The notes: generated from the letters alone by a model not told the origin. A stretch of DNA of 64,000 nucleotides from Vulcanimicrobiota bacterium (GCA_050250895.1 JBFWNU010000001.1:840008-904007), one strand, 5' to 3'; positions 1-10,178 are shown, numbered from the stretch's first letter. Made by a program: numbers and translations.

Positions 1-257
<257 letters not shown>

Positions 258-563
258 TTATTCGATGATGGCGAGAATTTCAGACTCTTTGACGATCAGA
301 TAATCTTCGCCATCGAGCTTGACTTCGGTGCCGGAATACTTGCCGTAGAGAACGCGATCGCCGACTTTGACAGTCATTTTGATCAGCTCTCCCGAGTCGG
401 CAATCTTGCCGTTGCCGACGGCAACGACTTCGCCCTGCTGGGGCTTTTCTTTAGCGGTGTCGGGAAGGATCACGCCGCCAGCGGTTTTCTCTTCCTGGGG
501 AAGGGCGGAAATGATGACCCGGTCGCCCATGGGACGAACTTTCAATTTGCTCTTGGTGGCCAT
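258..563 (-). CDS. groES: Co-chaperonin GroES
   Basis: [10 protein letters not shown]...[24 protein letters not shown]...[12 protein letters not shown]; ATG at 563 preceded by AGGAGG. Confidence 0.97.
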   Translation of the reverse strand: MATKSKLKVRPMGDRVIISALPQEEKTAGGVILPDTAKEKPQQGEVVAVGNGKIADSGELIKMTVKVGDRVLYGKYSGTEVKLDGEDYLIVKESEILAIIE

Positions 564-596
564 TCTGGCTAACCTCCTCTGTTGTTTAAGGGAATA

Positions 597-757
597 CCCG
601 TTATACGCATAGCCCTGGAGTAGCCAGGGCGGATGAACCACTGCGAGCCTCATCCTAAACGGTTCACGTTAGACGTGTACCAGAATACTGTTAGAACTGT
701 ATTAGAGGCTCGAAGCCGCCTGGCTACTGGATTTCTCAGATACCCGAAGGGAACGGG
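597..757. other. Long nested inverted-repeat (rod-like) structure upstream of groES
   Basis: Complementary pairs 597-602/752-757, 619-632/716-728 (one bulge) and 644-651/705-712. Confidence 0.5.
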
Positions 758-849
758 CCTCCAAACCATGTGGAGGAAGTTCACATTCTGTTAACAGAAG
801 GTCCGTCGCATCCAATCTCTGGCCTGGGGTTGGGCCCTAAAGTAGGGCT

Positions 850-1059
850 ATGAACGCTGCCATGCCAAAAAACCTCCGCGCCGACTTCATGAAGGCCCTG
901 ACCACGATGCCGAGCTTTCCCAGCTTCGAGCTGCCCAAAGCGGGCCAGGTCAGCCCCATCGGGACTCCCGAGTTGATGAAGTTCATGAAAGCGATGGACC
1001 AGTTCTACACCGGTCTTTCGGGCTTTGCTGGCAACCCGTTCAACGTTCACCAGGCCTGA
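850..1059 (+). CDS. Small hypothetical protein (69 aa)
   Basis: ORF fills the gap, codons are GC3-rich, converges on the acyl-CoA dehydrogenase gene. Confidence 0.55.
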   Translation: MNAAMPKNLRADFMKALTTMPSFPSFELPKAGQVSPIGTPELMKFMKAMDQFYTGLSGFAGNPFNVHQA

Positions 1060-1061
1060 TT

Positions 1062-2837
1062 TCAAGCGAAGACCAGGGCGGCGGACTCCTCGGTCTCGGT
1101 GACGGTCAGGCGCTCGCTGGCTTGAAGCACCCGGGCCAACCCGTGGTTGAGCGGTAACTCGTACTGATAGAAGAACTTCATGGCGTGGATCTTGGCTTTG
1201 AGAAACTCGGAGCCGGCGCCCTCCTGGTGAGCCGTAACGGCCATCTTCATCCACAGCCATCCAATTACGATGTTGGAGAAGAACTCCATATAGACGGTGG
1301 CATCCGAGAGAAAAGTTTCGATTTCTCCCTGCATGGCCAGCGGCATCAGGTGTTTGAGAACCTCACGATTGAGAACCAGTTGCTCTTCGAGTTGCTGAGC
1401 CTGCTCAGCGAAGGTGGACTGGGCCAGAGTGGCTCGAATCTCTCGCTCGAGCAGGTCGAGGGCCCGCCCCTTCTGGTCGAGGATCTTACGGCCCAAAAGG
1501 TCGAGCGACTGAATCCCGGTCGTGCCTTCATAGATCGACATGATCCGGATGTCGCGATAGTAGAGTTGCAGGATGTATTCGTCGCAGAAACCCGCCCCGC
1601 CTAAGACCTGAACGCCCAGGTCGACCGAACGCTTGCCGGCCTCGGAAGGATAGGTCTTGGTCACCGGCGTCAAAAGCTCCAAAAGGAGGTGGTACTTCTG
1701 CGCCTCGTCGCCCTGGGCCGCGTGGGCCATATCGTAGTAGTAAGCGGTCTGAAGGATCAGGGCCAGCGAGGCCTCGGAGATGCACTTCTGGGTGAGCAAC
1801 ATCCGGCGCACATCCGGGTGGTTGATGATCAGGGTTTGCTCTTGACTGACATCCTTCTTGCCGCCGTTGCTCAGCCGGCGACCTTGAGGTCGTTCTTTGG
1901 CAAAGGCCAGCGAGGCTTCGTAGGCGGCGGTGGCAATGGCCGCGGCCGAGCGACCGACGGCCAGCCTGGCCGAGTTCATCATCTGGAACATCTGAGCCAG
2001 GCCGTGGTGAAGCTTGCCCACCAGATAGCCACGGCAGTCGTCCTCTTCGCCGAACACGATGTGGGTGGTACAATAGCCGCGCTGGCCCAGCTTCTGGAAA
2101 TCGCCGGCGCAAGCCACGTCGTTGGGAGTGCCGTCCAGGCGGAACTTGGGCACCACCATCAGCGAGATGCCTTTGGTGCCGGGACCGCCCCCTGGTACCC
2201 GGGCCAGCACCAGGTGAACGATGTTGTCGACGTACTTATAATCCCCCCCCGAAATCCAGATCTTCTGGCCGCGAATCTTGTAGCTGCCGTCTTCCTGGGG
2301 GATAGCCTCGGTCTTGACATCCGACAACGAGCTGCCGGCCTGGGGCTCGGTGAGGCACATCGTGCCGCCCCAGCGACCCTCCAGCATTTTGGGAAGATAG
2401 TCGTCCTTGAGCTGTTGCGAGCCGAACACGGCCACCAGCTCGGCCGCGCCGAAAGTCAGGTTAGAGTAGCCCGAGACGTGGTTGTTGGCGGCATCGATGA
2501 CGTAGTTGAGGGCCTGGAAAAGGGTCATAGGCAGCTGCAATCCGCCGTCGTCATAGTCGAGGGGAGCCCCGATCATGCCCATCTCGCCCAGGGTCTTCAT
2601 GGTCGTGCCCACCACCGGATGCACCACCACCGAGCCGTCTTCAAAGCGGGCCGGGGCCGCGTCCATCTCGCGCAGGGTGGGATAGAGCTCGCTATCGGAC
2701 AGCTTCTTGACCGTCTCGAGGATCTGCTTGAACGAGACCACATCGTGATCGGAGAAACGGGCCAGGCGAGTCAACGACTCCAACCCGACCACCTTGAAGA
2801 GCTGCCACTGGACGTTGTCCATATCGACGTATTTCAT
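1062..2837 (-). CDS. Acyl-CoA dehydrogenase
   Basis: GTMCLTEPQAGSSL, GQKIWISGG, QVLGGAGF and SIYEGTTGIQ motifs; start taken at MKYVDM. Confidence 0.93.
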   Translation of the reverse strand: MKYVDMDNVQWQLFKVVGLESLTRLARFSDHDVVSFKQILETVKKLSDSELYPTLREMDAAPARFEDGSVVVHPVVGTTMKTLGEMGMIGAPLDYDDGGLQLPMTLFQALNYVIDAANNHVSGYSNLTFGAAELVAVFGSQQLKDDYLPKMLEGRWGGTMCLTEPQAGSSLSDVKTEAIPQEDGSYKIRGQKIWISGGDYKYVDNIVHLVLARVPGGGPGTKGISLMVVPKFRLDGTPNDVACAGDFQKLGQRGYCTTHIVFGEEDDCRGYLVGKLHHGLAQMFQMMNSARLAVGRSAAAIATAAYEASLAFAKERPQGRRLSNGGKKDVSQEQTLIINHPDVRRMLLTQKCISEASLALILQTAYYYDMAHAAQGDEAQKYHLLLELLTPVTKTYPSEAGKRSVDLGVQVLGGAGFCDEYILQLYYRDIRIMSIYEGTTGIQSLDLLGRKILDQKGRALDLLEREIRATLAQSTFAEQAQQLEEQLVLNREVLKHLMPLAMQGEIETFLSDATVYMEFFSNIVIGWLWMKMAVTAHQEGAGSEFLKAKIHAMKFFYQYELPLNHGLARVLQASERLTVTETEESAALVFA

Positions 2838-3017
2838 GGGCCGCCCCTTCGCTGGAGGTGATCTCCATTCTTGCCTACCCGTGATCTGCAACCGGAGTTC
2901 GAGGGGGACTCGCTGGTCGCCCTGGCTTTGGGAACCTGGGGTGAGGAAGAGTCCCTGGCAGCCGTCATCCCACCGGGCTACCTTCCCAGCTGGGAGCGAA
3001 GCGAATAGCCTCGGTCT

Positions 3018-3740
3018 CTACCCCAGAAACTGGGGCAGCCACTCGACCAGGTCGGCCTCGACCCGATGGGTGGCCAGGTGGTCGTGGTCGGTGGCTCCGC
3101 GATTGACGACCACGTAAGGAACGCCCCGCTGGGCCGCCAGCCTGGGCACCGAGGCGGCGGGTTCGACCGAAAGGGTCGAACCCAGACTCAAGACCAGGTC
3201 GGCCTCTTCGGCCAGGCTGAAGGCTCGTCCGAGCAAAGCCTGGTCCAGGGCCTGTCCAAACGAGATGGTGGCGGGCTTTAGCCAGCCTCCGCAGGCGGGA
3301 CATTTGGGTGGCTGGCGGCTGGCCTCGAACTCGCGAAACGAGCGCTCGGGTTGCTCACGATGGTCGCAGCCAAGGCAAGCCACCAGGCGATTGGTGCCGT
3401 GCAACTCCAGCACCTTGTCCTCGGGCAGGCCGGCCAGCACGTGCAAGCCGTCGATGTTCTGGGTCACCACCGCCAATAACTTGCCCCGCCGGTCGAGTTC
3501 GACCAGAGCCAGATGCGCCGCGTTGGGCTGGGCCAGGCAAAAGCCCTCATAGCCTTCGAGCTTGTAGTCCCAGTATTCGACCCGCTTTTCGTGGTCGGCC
3601 AGAAACTCCTGAATCAAGACCGGCTGGCGTCGCTTCCAAACCCCCTGGGGACCACGAAAGTCGGGAATCCCCGAGCCCGTCGAGATGCCCGCCCCGGTAA
3701 AAACCAGCACTTTGCTTGCCCGCGCTAACAGCTCTTGCAT
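3018..3740 (-). CDS. cobB: NAD-dependent deacylase, Sir2/sirtuin family
   Basis: TGAGISTGSGIPDFRG, TQNIDGLH, ELHG and two CxxC pairs; start at MQELLAR. Confidence 0.9.
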   Translation of the reverse strand: MQELLARASKVLVFTGAGISTGSGIPDFRGPQGVWKRRQPVLIQEFLADHEKRVEYWDYKLEGYEGFCLAQPNAAHLALVELDRRGKLLAVVTQNIDGLHVLAGLPEDKVLELHGTNRLVACLGCDHREQPERSFREFEASRQPPKCPACGGWLKPATISFGQALDQALLGRAFSLAEEADLVLSLGSTLSVEPAASVPRLAAQRGVPYVVVNRGATDHDHLATHRVEADLVEWLPQFLG

Positions 3741-3796
3741 CGCCCCCTCTTCGGGCCGGCCAGGGTGCCGACCTGGAGAGGCCGAACCTGACCCCC

Positions 3797-4885
3797 ATGA
3801 AAACCCTGGCCGACCTTCAAGCCACCACCGAAGCCCTGGTGCGGATTCCCTCCATCTCGAGCGACCGCCAGGCCTGCAACGACGTTCTGGATTTCCTGCG
3901 CTCCCAACTGGTCGACCCCGACTCGTTCCACCTCGAGGTTTTCGAATACCAGGGCTATCGCTCGCTGATCGTCTCGACCGTGCCCGGGCGCCAGGCCCCA
4001 CTGATCCTCAACGGCCATGTGGACGTGGTCTGGGCCGACACCGACCAGTTCGTACCTCGGCCCCAGAACGGCCATCTCTGGGGTCGGGGCACCTATGACA
4101 TGAAGGGCTCGGTGGCCGTCTTTCTCGAGATTCTCAAGGACCTCGGCAAGCTGCCCCCCGCCCAACGCCCCAAGGTTCAATTCCAATTTGTTTCCGACGA
4201 AGAGATTGGCGGTCATCGCGGGGTCGAGCGTATGGTCGACGAGGGCTTCGACACCGACTTGATGATCGCCGGTGAACCCACCGACCTGGGCATCTGCCAC
4301 CAGGCCAAAGGGGTCTACTGGTTGACCCTTCGCCTGAAGGGCCAGCCCGGGCACGCCGCCCGCCCCTGGCTCACTCGCAATCCGATCCTGGCTCTGTCGC
4401 GCGGCCTCAACGCCCTTTTGGCTCGCTACCCCACTCCCATCGAGCCGGTCTGGCAGACCACCGCCACTCCCACCGGGCTTTTGGCCGGCAACTCGCACAA
4501 CCGGGTACCCGACACGGTCGAGTTCAAGCTCGACATCCGTTACGTTCCCGAAGACGCCCCCGAGGACATCCGTCGCTTTCTCGAAAGCGTCTTTCCCCAT
4601 TGCGAGATCGAAGTGGTCCAGTTAGCCGTGCCCTTGATGACTGCCGCCGACCACCCCCTGGTCGAGCGGGTGGCGGGGCTGCAAGAGCAGATGCTGGGCC
4701 AACGGCCGCGCTTCTTCTCCGAGCACTTCGCCTCGGACGCCCGCTATTATAGCGCCAAAGGCACCCCGGCCATTTGCTGGGGACCGTGTGGGGCCGGCAT
4801 GCACGCCGACGACGAGCGGGTCGAACTCGAGAGTCTCCACACCTACTATCGACTGGTGCACCAGTTGCTGACCCTCTATCGTTAG
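3797..4885 (+). CDS. M20 family metallopeptidase (ArgE/DapE-like)
   Basis: LNGHVDVV, GRGTYDMKG, SDEEIGG, GEPT and MHADDE. Confidence 0.88.
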   Translation: MKTLADLQATTEALVRIPSISSDRQACNDVLDFLRSQLVDPDSFHLEVFEYQGYRSLIVSTVPGRQAPLILNGHVDVVWADTDQFVPRPQNGHLWGRGTYDMKGSVAVFLEILKDLGKLPPAQRPKVQFQFVSDEEIGGHRGVERMVDEGFDTDLMIAGEPTDLGICHQAKGVYWLTLRLKGQPGHAARPWLTRNPILALSRGLNALLARYPTPIEPVWQTTATPTGLLAGNSHNRVPDTVEFKLDIRYVPEDAPEDIRRFLESVFPHCEIEVVQLAVPLMTAADHPLVERVAGLQEQMLGQRPRFFSEHFASDARYYSAKGTPAICWGPCGAGMHADDERVELESLHTYYRLVHQLLTLYR

Positions 4886-4894
4886 GAGCCACCT

Positions 4895-5662
4895 GTGGGC
4901 AAAGCGTCACGCAAGAAAAAACAACACAGACTGGCTCCCTCTTACACCGAGCAACTGCTAAGTCGGGCCGACCCGGCCCTACGAAAGTTCTACAAGTCGG
5001 CCTGCCGCGAGCAAGAGAAGCGCACCCGGGCCCGCCTGGAGAAAGACGATCCGATGTCGGCCATCCGCGCGGCGCTCGACTCCATCCGCTCGCTCGAGCA
5101 ACTCGCCCTCAACCTGCAGCTCGATTTCTCGCCCCAACTGGCCTGCCGCCAGGGTTGCTCGTTCTGCTGCTATCCGCCCGTGTCGGCCAACCTGCCCGAA
5201 GTGCTCAACCTGGTGGCCTACCTCAAGACCCAGACCAGCCCCGAAACCTTCGACCGCCTGCGCCAGAAAGTGCGTGAGCGGGCCGAGCAAACTCAGGCCA
5301 TGACCACCGCCGAGCGCCACCGCATCAGTCTGGCCTGCCCCTTTCTCGAAGACGGCAAGTGCAGCGTCTATCCGGCCCGTCCCCTGGCCTGTCGCGGCTT
5401 TAACTCACGCGATGTGGCTGCCTGCGAGAAAGCCTTCCAAGCTCCTGAGGAGCCCCCACAAATCCCGGCTTTTCTACCCCTACTACTGGCGGCTCAGGCC
5501 GTCAAAGACGGGCTGCGCCTGGGTATCGAGGCCAGCGGCCTGCCGTCCGAGCTGCTCGACCTTACCAAGGCTTGCGACCTGGTGATGGATGACCTCGACG
5601 GAGTGGCCCAGGGCTTTATCGAAGGGCGGGGCCTCGACTCCTCAGCCCGGGCCTTTGAATAG
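4895..5662 (+). CDS. YkgJ-family cysteine-cluster protein
   Basis: CRQGCSFCC...CPFLEDGKCSVYPARPLACR. Confidence 0.82.
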   Translation: MGKASRKKKQHRLAPSYTEQLLSRADPALRKFYKSACREQEKRTRARLEKDDPMSAIRAALDSIRSLEQLALNLQLDFSPQLACRQGCSFCCYPPVSANLPEVLNLVAYLKTQTSPETFDRLRQKVRERAEQTQAMTTAERHRISLACPFLEDGKCSVYPARPLACRGFNSRDVAACEKAFQAPEEPPQIPAFLPLLLAAQAVKDGLRLGIEASGLPSELLDLTKACDLVMDDLDGVAQGFIEGRGLDSSARAFE

Positions 5663-5739
5663 GTCGCCCCCCCTTCGGATGGCCCCCTTCTATCAATGTG
5701 GATGCCTTCCGGGAAGGCCCCGAGTGCTAGCCTGAATCC

Positions 5740-6267
5740 ATGAGAAATTTTCTAACCCTGACCCTTTTGTTACTCTTGTTCGCGCCCGCCCTGGCTCAGA
5801 ACCAGGCCGTGGCGGTGATCGAATCGACCAACCAGCGCGAGGCCCCCCAGGAGCGTCGCCTGGGTGAGGTCTATTTTCATGAAGAGGGCGGTGCCCTGGT
5901 CATTCAGGGCCATCTCGAAGGACTCGCACCGGGCAGCAAGCATGGCTTTCATATCCATAAGTTTGGTGACCTCAGCCAGGCCGACGCCACCAGCGCCGGC
6001 GGTCATTACGCTCCGGAAGGACATCCTCATGGCGCTCCCGATGCCGCCCAACATCACGCTGGCGACCTGGGCAACGTGACGGCCGACCAGAACGGAGAGG
6101 TCGATATCAAGATCCGAGCCGATTGGCTGACCCTGAAAGACATTATGGGGCGCTCCATGGTGCTCCACGCCGATGATGACGATCTGAAAAGCCAACCGAG
6201 CGGCGACGCAGGTCCTCGCATTGGCGCCGGAGTGATCGGGTGGGCCAACACCGAGAAGAAGAAATAG
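5740..6267 (+). CDS. sodC: Cu/Zn superoxide dismutase (secreted)
   Basis: Signal peptide; HGFHIH, SAGGHY, HAGDLGN, VLHADDDD and GDAGPRIGAGVI. Confidence 0.92.
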   Translation: MRNFLTLTLLLLLFAPALAQNQAVAVIESTNQREAPQERRLGEVYFHEEGGALVIQGHLEGLAPGSKHGFHIHKFGDLSQADATSAGGHYAPEGHPHGAPDAAQHHAGDLGNVTADQNGEVDIKIRADWLTLKDIMGRSMVLHADDDDLKSQPSGDAGPRIGAGVIGWANTEKKK

Positions 6268-6291
6268 CAGCACCGGCTTGGCCGGCCAGAG

Positions 6292-6699
6292 CTAGAGAGC
6301 CTGGATGTTGGTCACGGCAAAGAAGAAGAAATCTTGCAGCGTGGGTACGCGGTAGATGAACTCGGCGTCGACGGCTTCGGCCGCCTGCATGGCCAACTTC
6401 CAGGCGTCCCCCTCGCCGCAGCCGGGATAGACGTCTTTCATGCCTTCAATGGGAGCCATGTTCGGGTTGAAGGTGTTGCCCTCCGCCGCCCAGGCCATGG
6501 TCACCGAACCGAAGCGCAGGGAGTAGTGGCAAAGGCCGCGGGCTTCGGCTTTCACGCGGGGAGTGCCGTCGCGCTCGACCCACTGGAGGATGCCTTCTTC
6601 GGTGTTGACCCGCAGGTCGAGTTCCAGGGCGCCCAGGTTGGCGAGCTGTTGATGCAACTGGGCCTGCTTGCCGCGCCAGCGTTCGACCAGGTCGCTCAT
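6292..6699 (-). CDS. Hypothetical protein (DUF6882-like); paralogue of the 51379 ORF
   Basis: WRGKQAQL...QW...SVTMAWA...AWKLAMQAAEAVDAEFIYRVP aligns by eye with the ORF after valS. Confidence 0.65.
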   Translation of the reverse strand: MSDLVERWRGKQAQLHQQLANLGALELDLRVNTEEGILQWVERDGTPRVKAEARGLCHYSLRFGSVTMAWAAEGNTFNPNMAPIEGMKDVYPGCGEGDAWKLAMQAAEAVDAEFIYRVPTLQDFFFFAVTNIQAL

Positions 6700-7577
6700 G
6701 CGCCGATCCCCGAGCGCTTGCGATAGCGAAACTCGATCTTCGAGATCTCGTCAAGATCGAGGCCAATCTTCTCCCCGGCGCTGACCACCTCGCCGCGAGC
6801 CACCGGGTCGGGACCGCCGTCGCCATAGACTCGCGAAAAACGCTCGTCGACCACGTAGCATTGGGCGAAGCGTCGCAATTCCCAGGCGCGCAGGTCAGGA
6901 ATCTCCAGGGCCTCGGCGTAGCGCTCGAGCAGGCTCACTTCTTCGTGAGCCAATTCGTCATCGCAGCAGGCCATGGCGTAGCCCAGCATCAGCATCGTCT
7001 CGCGCACCGAGCGGTCCTTGACCTGAGTCAGTTCGCGCTCCTCGAGAGGCTCTTTCAAAAAGAGGCCTTTGCCCCCTTCAGGGGTCTCGCCCACCAGGTC
7101 GGCAAAAAGGTCGATCTCTTCGGGGGCCGCTACGCCATCCGAACGGAGTACCTCGGTCAGCACCCGCTTGAGCAGGTCGCGCTCGGACTTGTCTTCCACT
7201 GCTCCCGCTTCGAGTTGCTCGAAGAAACGCACCACGGCGTCGTTGGCTTCCCACCATGTCCAGCGCGTCCCATCCCAGACGAAATCGGCGGCTACGGCTT
7301 CGAAAGCCATCACGGCCGCAGCCTCGATCTCGTCGCGGGTGTAGTCACGCTCCTGCCAGACCTCGCGATCCTCACTGCCGAAAATCGTAGCCAGGACCCC
7401 GAAGAAGCCTTCCTTTGGGGTCTCTTCGAGAGAGGCCAGATGTTCTTGCCCAGGCACGATCGGAGCCTCGATCTCAAGACCCGTGGCGGGACACCGAAAC
7501 GTGAAAAAGACGACCTCGCCATCCTGTTCGACCTGGGTCAGCAGGGGCTCGATCGCCTCGAAACTGAACTTTTCCAC
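6696..7577 (-). CDS. TerB-like domain protein
   Basis: LRSDGVAAPEE and MACCDDELAHEEVSLLERYAEALEI, typical TerB helical repeats. Confidence 0.65.
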   Translation of the reverse strand: MEKFSFEAIEPLLTQVEQDGEVVFFTFRCPATGLEIEAPIVPGQEHLASLEETPKEGFFGVLATIFGSEDREVWQERDYTRDEIEAAAVMAFEAVAADFVWDGTRWTWWEANDAVVRFFEQLEAGAVEDKSERDLLKRVLTEVLRSDGVAAPEEIDLFADLVGETPEGGKGLFLKEPLEERELTQVKDRSVRETMLMLGYAMACCDDELAHEEVSLLERYAEALEIPDLRAWELRRFAQCYVVDERFSRVYGDGGPDPVARGEVVSAGEKIGLDLDEISKIEFRYRKRSGIGA

Positions 7578-7581
7578 AGCG

Positions 7582-7938
7582 CTAGGCTTCGGCTTCGACC
7601 GATTCCTGGGCCATTTCTTCGGTCGCCTCGACTTCGGCTTCTTCTTCGGTCTCGGTGACTTCAGACACGTCGGTCTCGGCCGCTTCGACCGGAGCCTCTT
7701 CTACAGCCGAGCGAGCGAAGAGCCGTTTCTCGGCTTCGGCGGCACGCTCGGCGCGCTCCTTCACGAAGTCGCCACCGCTCTTCTCGCGGTATTCGAGGGG
7801 GATGAACTTGCCCTGTTTCTCGGCCGTCTCACGCAACCACTTCGAGCCGCCGATGCGCACCCAGTCACGCCCTTCGACAGGGGCACCGGAACCACGGCAT
7901 TTGGACTCTTTCGGTCGCTTATGGGATCCTTTAGCCAC
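7582..7938 (-). CDS. Hypothetical protein with basic N-terminus and very acidic tail
   Basis: Typical codon usage, upstream GAGGA, heads a three-gene minus-strand run. Confidence 0.65.
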   Translation of the reverse strand: MAKGSHKRPKESKCRGSGAPVEGRDWVRIGGSKWLRETAEKQGKFIPLEYREKSGGDFVKERAERAAEAEKRLFARSAVEEAPVEAAETDVSEVTETEEEAEVEATEEMAQESVEAEA

Positions 7939-8066
7939 AGGATTGTCCTCGCTTTCTCACAGAGCACTCACCATACTAGGGTGCTCGACTCAAATCCTTC
8001 CAGCAGGAACTGGACGGTTGATGATACAAGAGACGCGACTAAATTACAACCCCTGTGAGGTCCTCC

Positions 8067-8906
8067 ATGAGTACTGTCGATGTCGAGACTATCCAGAGCC
8101 GCATCCGCGCGGGCGTGGACTATCTCAAAGGCAAAGTCAGCCGCCGTCCTGACATCGGGGTCATTCTCGGCTCGGGCCTGGGAGAGCTCGCCGACGAGAC
8201 CCAGGACAAGCAGGTCATCCCCTACACCGACATCCCCGAGTTTCCCCGGGCTACCGCGCCGGGCCACAAGGGCAACCTGGTCTTCGGCACGCTGGGCGGC
8301 AAGTCGGTCATGCTGATGCAGGGACGCGTCCACACCTATGAGGGATACAGCCAGGCCGAATGCACCATGCCGGTGGTCATGATGAAAGAACTCGGCGTCA
8401 AGACGATGATCGTGACGGCCGCCACCGGGGGCCTCAACTACAATCACAAGTCAGGCGACCTGATGCTGATTCGCGATCATATCAACTTCACCGGCACCAA
8501 CCCGCTGGTGGGACCCAATGACGAGAAAATCGGCCCCCGCTTTCCGGTGATGTTCGATGCCTACTCGCCCGAACTGCGCGAAGTGGCTCGTCAGGTCGCC
8601 CTCAAGCAGGGCATCAATCTGCACGAAGGCGTCTATTGTGGCGTGCAGGGCCCGGTCTTTTTCACCAAGTCCGAACTGCGCATGCTGATGCTGTGGGGGG
8701 CCGACTCGATCGGCATGTCGACCGTGCCCGAAGTCATCGTGGCCGTTCACCGAGGGATGCAGGTGCTAGGTATTGCCGTGGTGAGCGACATCGCGATTCC
8801 CGATGCTGGTCATCACGCCACCGAGGCCGAGGTGCTCGAGACCGCCCGCCAAACCGGTCCGCGCTTCCGCCAACTGGTCAAGGGCATCCTAGAAGCCATG
8901 CCTTGA
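8067..8906 (+). CDS. punA: Purine-nucleoside phosphorylase (trimeric type)
   Basis: VILGSGLG, GHKGNLVFG, MQGRVHTYEGY and GMSTVPE. Confidence 0.92.
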   Translation: MSTVDVETIQSRIRAGVDYLKGKVSRRPDIGVILGSGLGELADETQDKQVIPYTDIPEFPRATAPGHKGNLVFGTLGGKSVMLMQGRVHTYEGYSQAECTMPVVMMKELGVKTMIVTAATGGLNYNHKSGDLMLIRDHINFTGTNPLVGPNDEKIGPRFPVMFDAYSPELREVARQVALKQGINLHEGVYCGVQGPVFFTKSELRMLMLWGADSIGMSTVPEVIVAVHRGMQVLGIAVVSDIAIPDAGHHATEAEVLETARQTGPRFRQLVKGILEAMP

Positions 8907-8932
8907 CAATCGGCTTGTGGATAACCTAATAT
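8903..8932 (+). promoter_or_regulatory. Sigma70-like promoter of rpmB with a DnaA-box sequence in the spacer
   Basis: TTGACA (8903-8908), 18-bp spacer, TAATAT (8927-8932); TGTGGATAA at 8916-8924. Confidence 0.5.
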
Positions 8933-8970
8933 CATGCGTCTGAGGGCAGGCCCTCGAAAGGAGCAAAGCG

Positions 8971-9198
8971 ATGGCTCGAGTTTGTGAACTCACCGGAAAA
9001 CGCCCGGGGTCGGGTAACAAGGTTTCCCACTCGCAGCGCAAGACTCGTCGGCGCTGGTTGCCGAACCTGATCACTCAGCGATTCTGGCTCGAGAGCGAGA
9101 AGCGCTGGATCAAGCTTCGCGTTAGCGCCCGCGCTTTGAAGACCATCAAGAAGCTTGGCCTGGAGAAGGCCATGAAGAAGTACGGTCTCAACAAGTAG
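8971..9198 (+). CDS. rpmB: 50S ribosomal protein L28
   Basis: [32 protein letters not shown]; RBS AAGGAG. Confidence 0.97.
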   Translation: MARVCELTGKRPGSGNKVSHSQRKTRRRWLPNLITQRFWLESEKRWIKLRVSARALKTIKKLGLEKAMKKYGLNK

Positions 9199-9223
9199 TC
9201 TTTCCGACCAAAACGATTTTGCC

Positions 9224-9250
9224 AGGCAGGGTACCCCCTGCCTTTGTTCT
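9224..9250 (+). terminator. Intrinsic terminator after rpmB
   Basis: GGCAGGG-TACC-CCCTGCC followed by TTTGTT. Confidence 0.6.
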
Positions 9251-9263
9251 AATTTGGCCCCCC

Positions 9264-10178
9264 ATGCGAAGAGTTTTCTTGTTTCTGTGGTTGGCCGCGT
9301 TCTCGGCCGCGGCCATGGCCGAACCGATGGCCGACCTGTGGGTCCAAACCACGCCCGAGTATCAGGCCTGCTGCCTGCAGACCTACAACCTGGCCACTCG
9401 CAATCTCGAGGACCTGGCCAAGTTGCTCGAAAAAGACGCTCAGGGTCGCGCCTGTCTACCAGGCACCAAAACCCCCGTTGCCATCGTGATGGACCTCGAC
9501 GAAACGGTGGTTGACAACTCGGGCTTTCAGGCCTTTTCGATCCAGACCAACACCACCTACTCCGACGATCTCTGGCTGGACTGGATGCGTTTTCAGGCCC
9601 AGACCCCGGCCGCCTGTCGGGCCGTCCCGGGAGCGGTCGAATACATCGCCCGCGCTCAGGCCCTGGGTTTGACGCCCGTCTTCATCTCCAACCGCCAGAA
9701 CGAGGGCTGGGAGGACACCAAGGTCTTGCTCGAGACCCTCAAAATCAATACTGACAATCTGCCAGAGCGCCTGTTGCTCAAGCTGCCCAAGGCCGAAGAG
9801 ACGGCCAGGGCTCGCGCTCTGGTGGACCGACTGGGCCTGGATACCGACTCTCAAGAGGCGCTCGAGATTCTGCAGAGCGAGGGCACAAAGGAAACCCGCC
9901 GCCGCCTGATCGCCGAAAAATACGCCGTGGCCGGCTATTTCGGAGACATGCTCAGCGACTTCGCTCCTTACCTCAAAAAGCCCAACAGCCCCACTCCGGC
10001 CGCCGATCGGGCCGCCCAGGCCGAGCGTTACCGGCGCCGCTGGGGCAACCACTGGTATGTGCTGCCCAACCCCACCTACGGTTACTGGGCCCCCGGCCAG
10101 ACCCTGCCCGCGGAACATCCCGAAGGTGCGCTCAACGACTACGGCTTCGCTGAATACCTGAAGAAAGCTCACCACTGA
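9264..10178 (+). CDS. HAD acid phosphatase / 5'-nucleotidase, e(P4) class C family
   Basis: Signal peptide; VMDLDETVVDNS, FISNR, FGDMLSDF and LPNPTYGYW. Confidence 0.87.
   Translation: MRRVFLFLWLAAFSAAAMAEPMADLWVQTTPEYQACCLQTYNLATRNLEDLAKLLEKDAQGRACLPGTKTPVAIVMDLDETVVDNSGFQAFSIQTNTTYSDDLWLDWMRFQAQTPAACRAVPGAVEYIARAQALGLTPVFISNRQNEGWEDTKVLLETLKINTDNLPERLLLKLPKAEETARARALVDRLGLDTDSQEALEILQSEGTKETRRRLIAEKYAVAGYFGDMLSDFAPYLKKPNSPTPAADRAAQAERYRRRWGNHWYVLPNPTYGYWAPGQTLPAEHPEGALNDYGFAEYLKKAHH

Noticed and set aside
564-653. N-terminal extension of GroES given in the ORF track
   Set aside because: A strong RBS precedes the ATG at 563 and gives a normal 101-aa GroES.
5722-5730. CIRCE half-site GAGTGCTAG before sodC
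   Set aside because: No matching left arm; TGCTAG recurs before several genes and looks like an extended -10 element.
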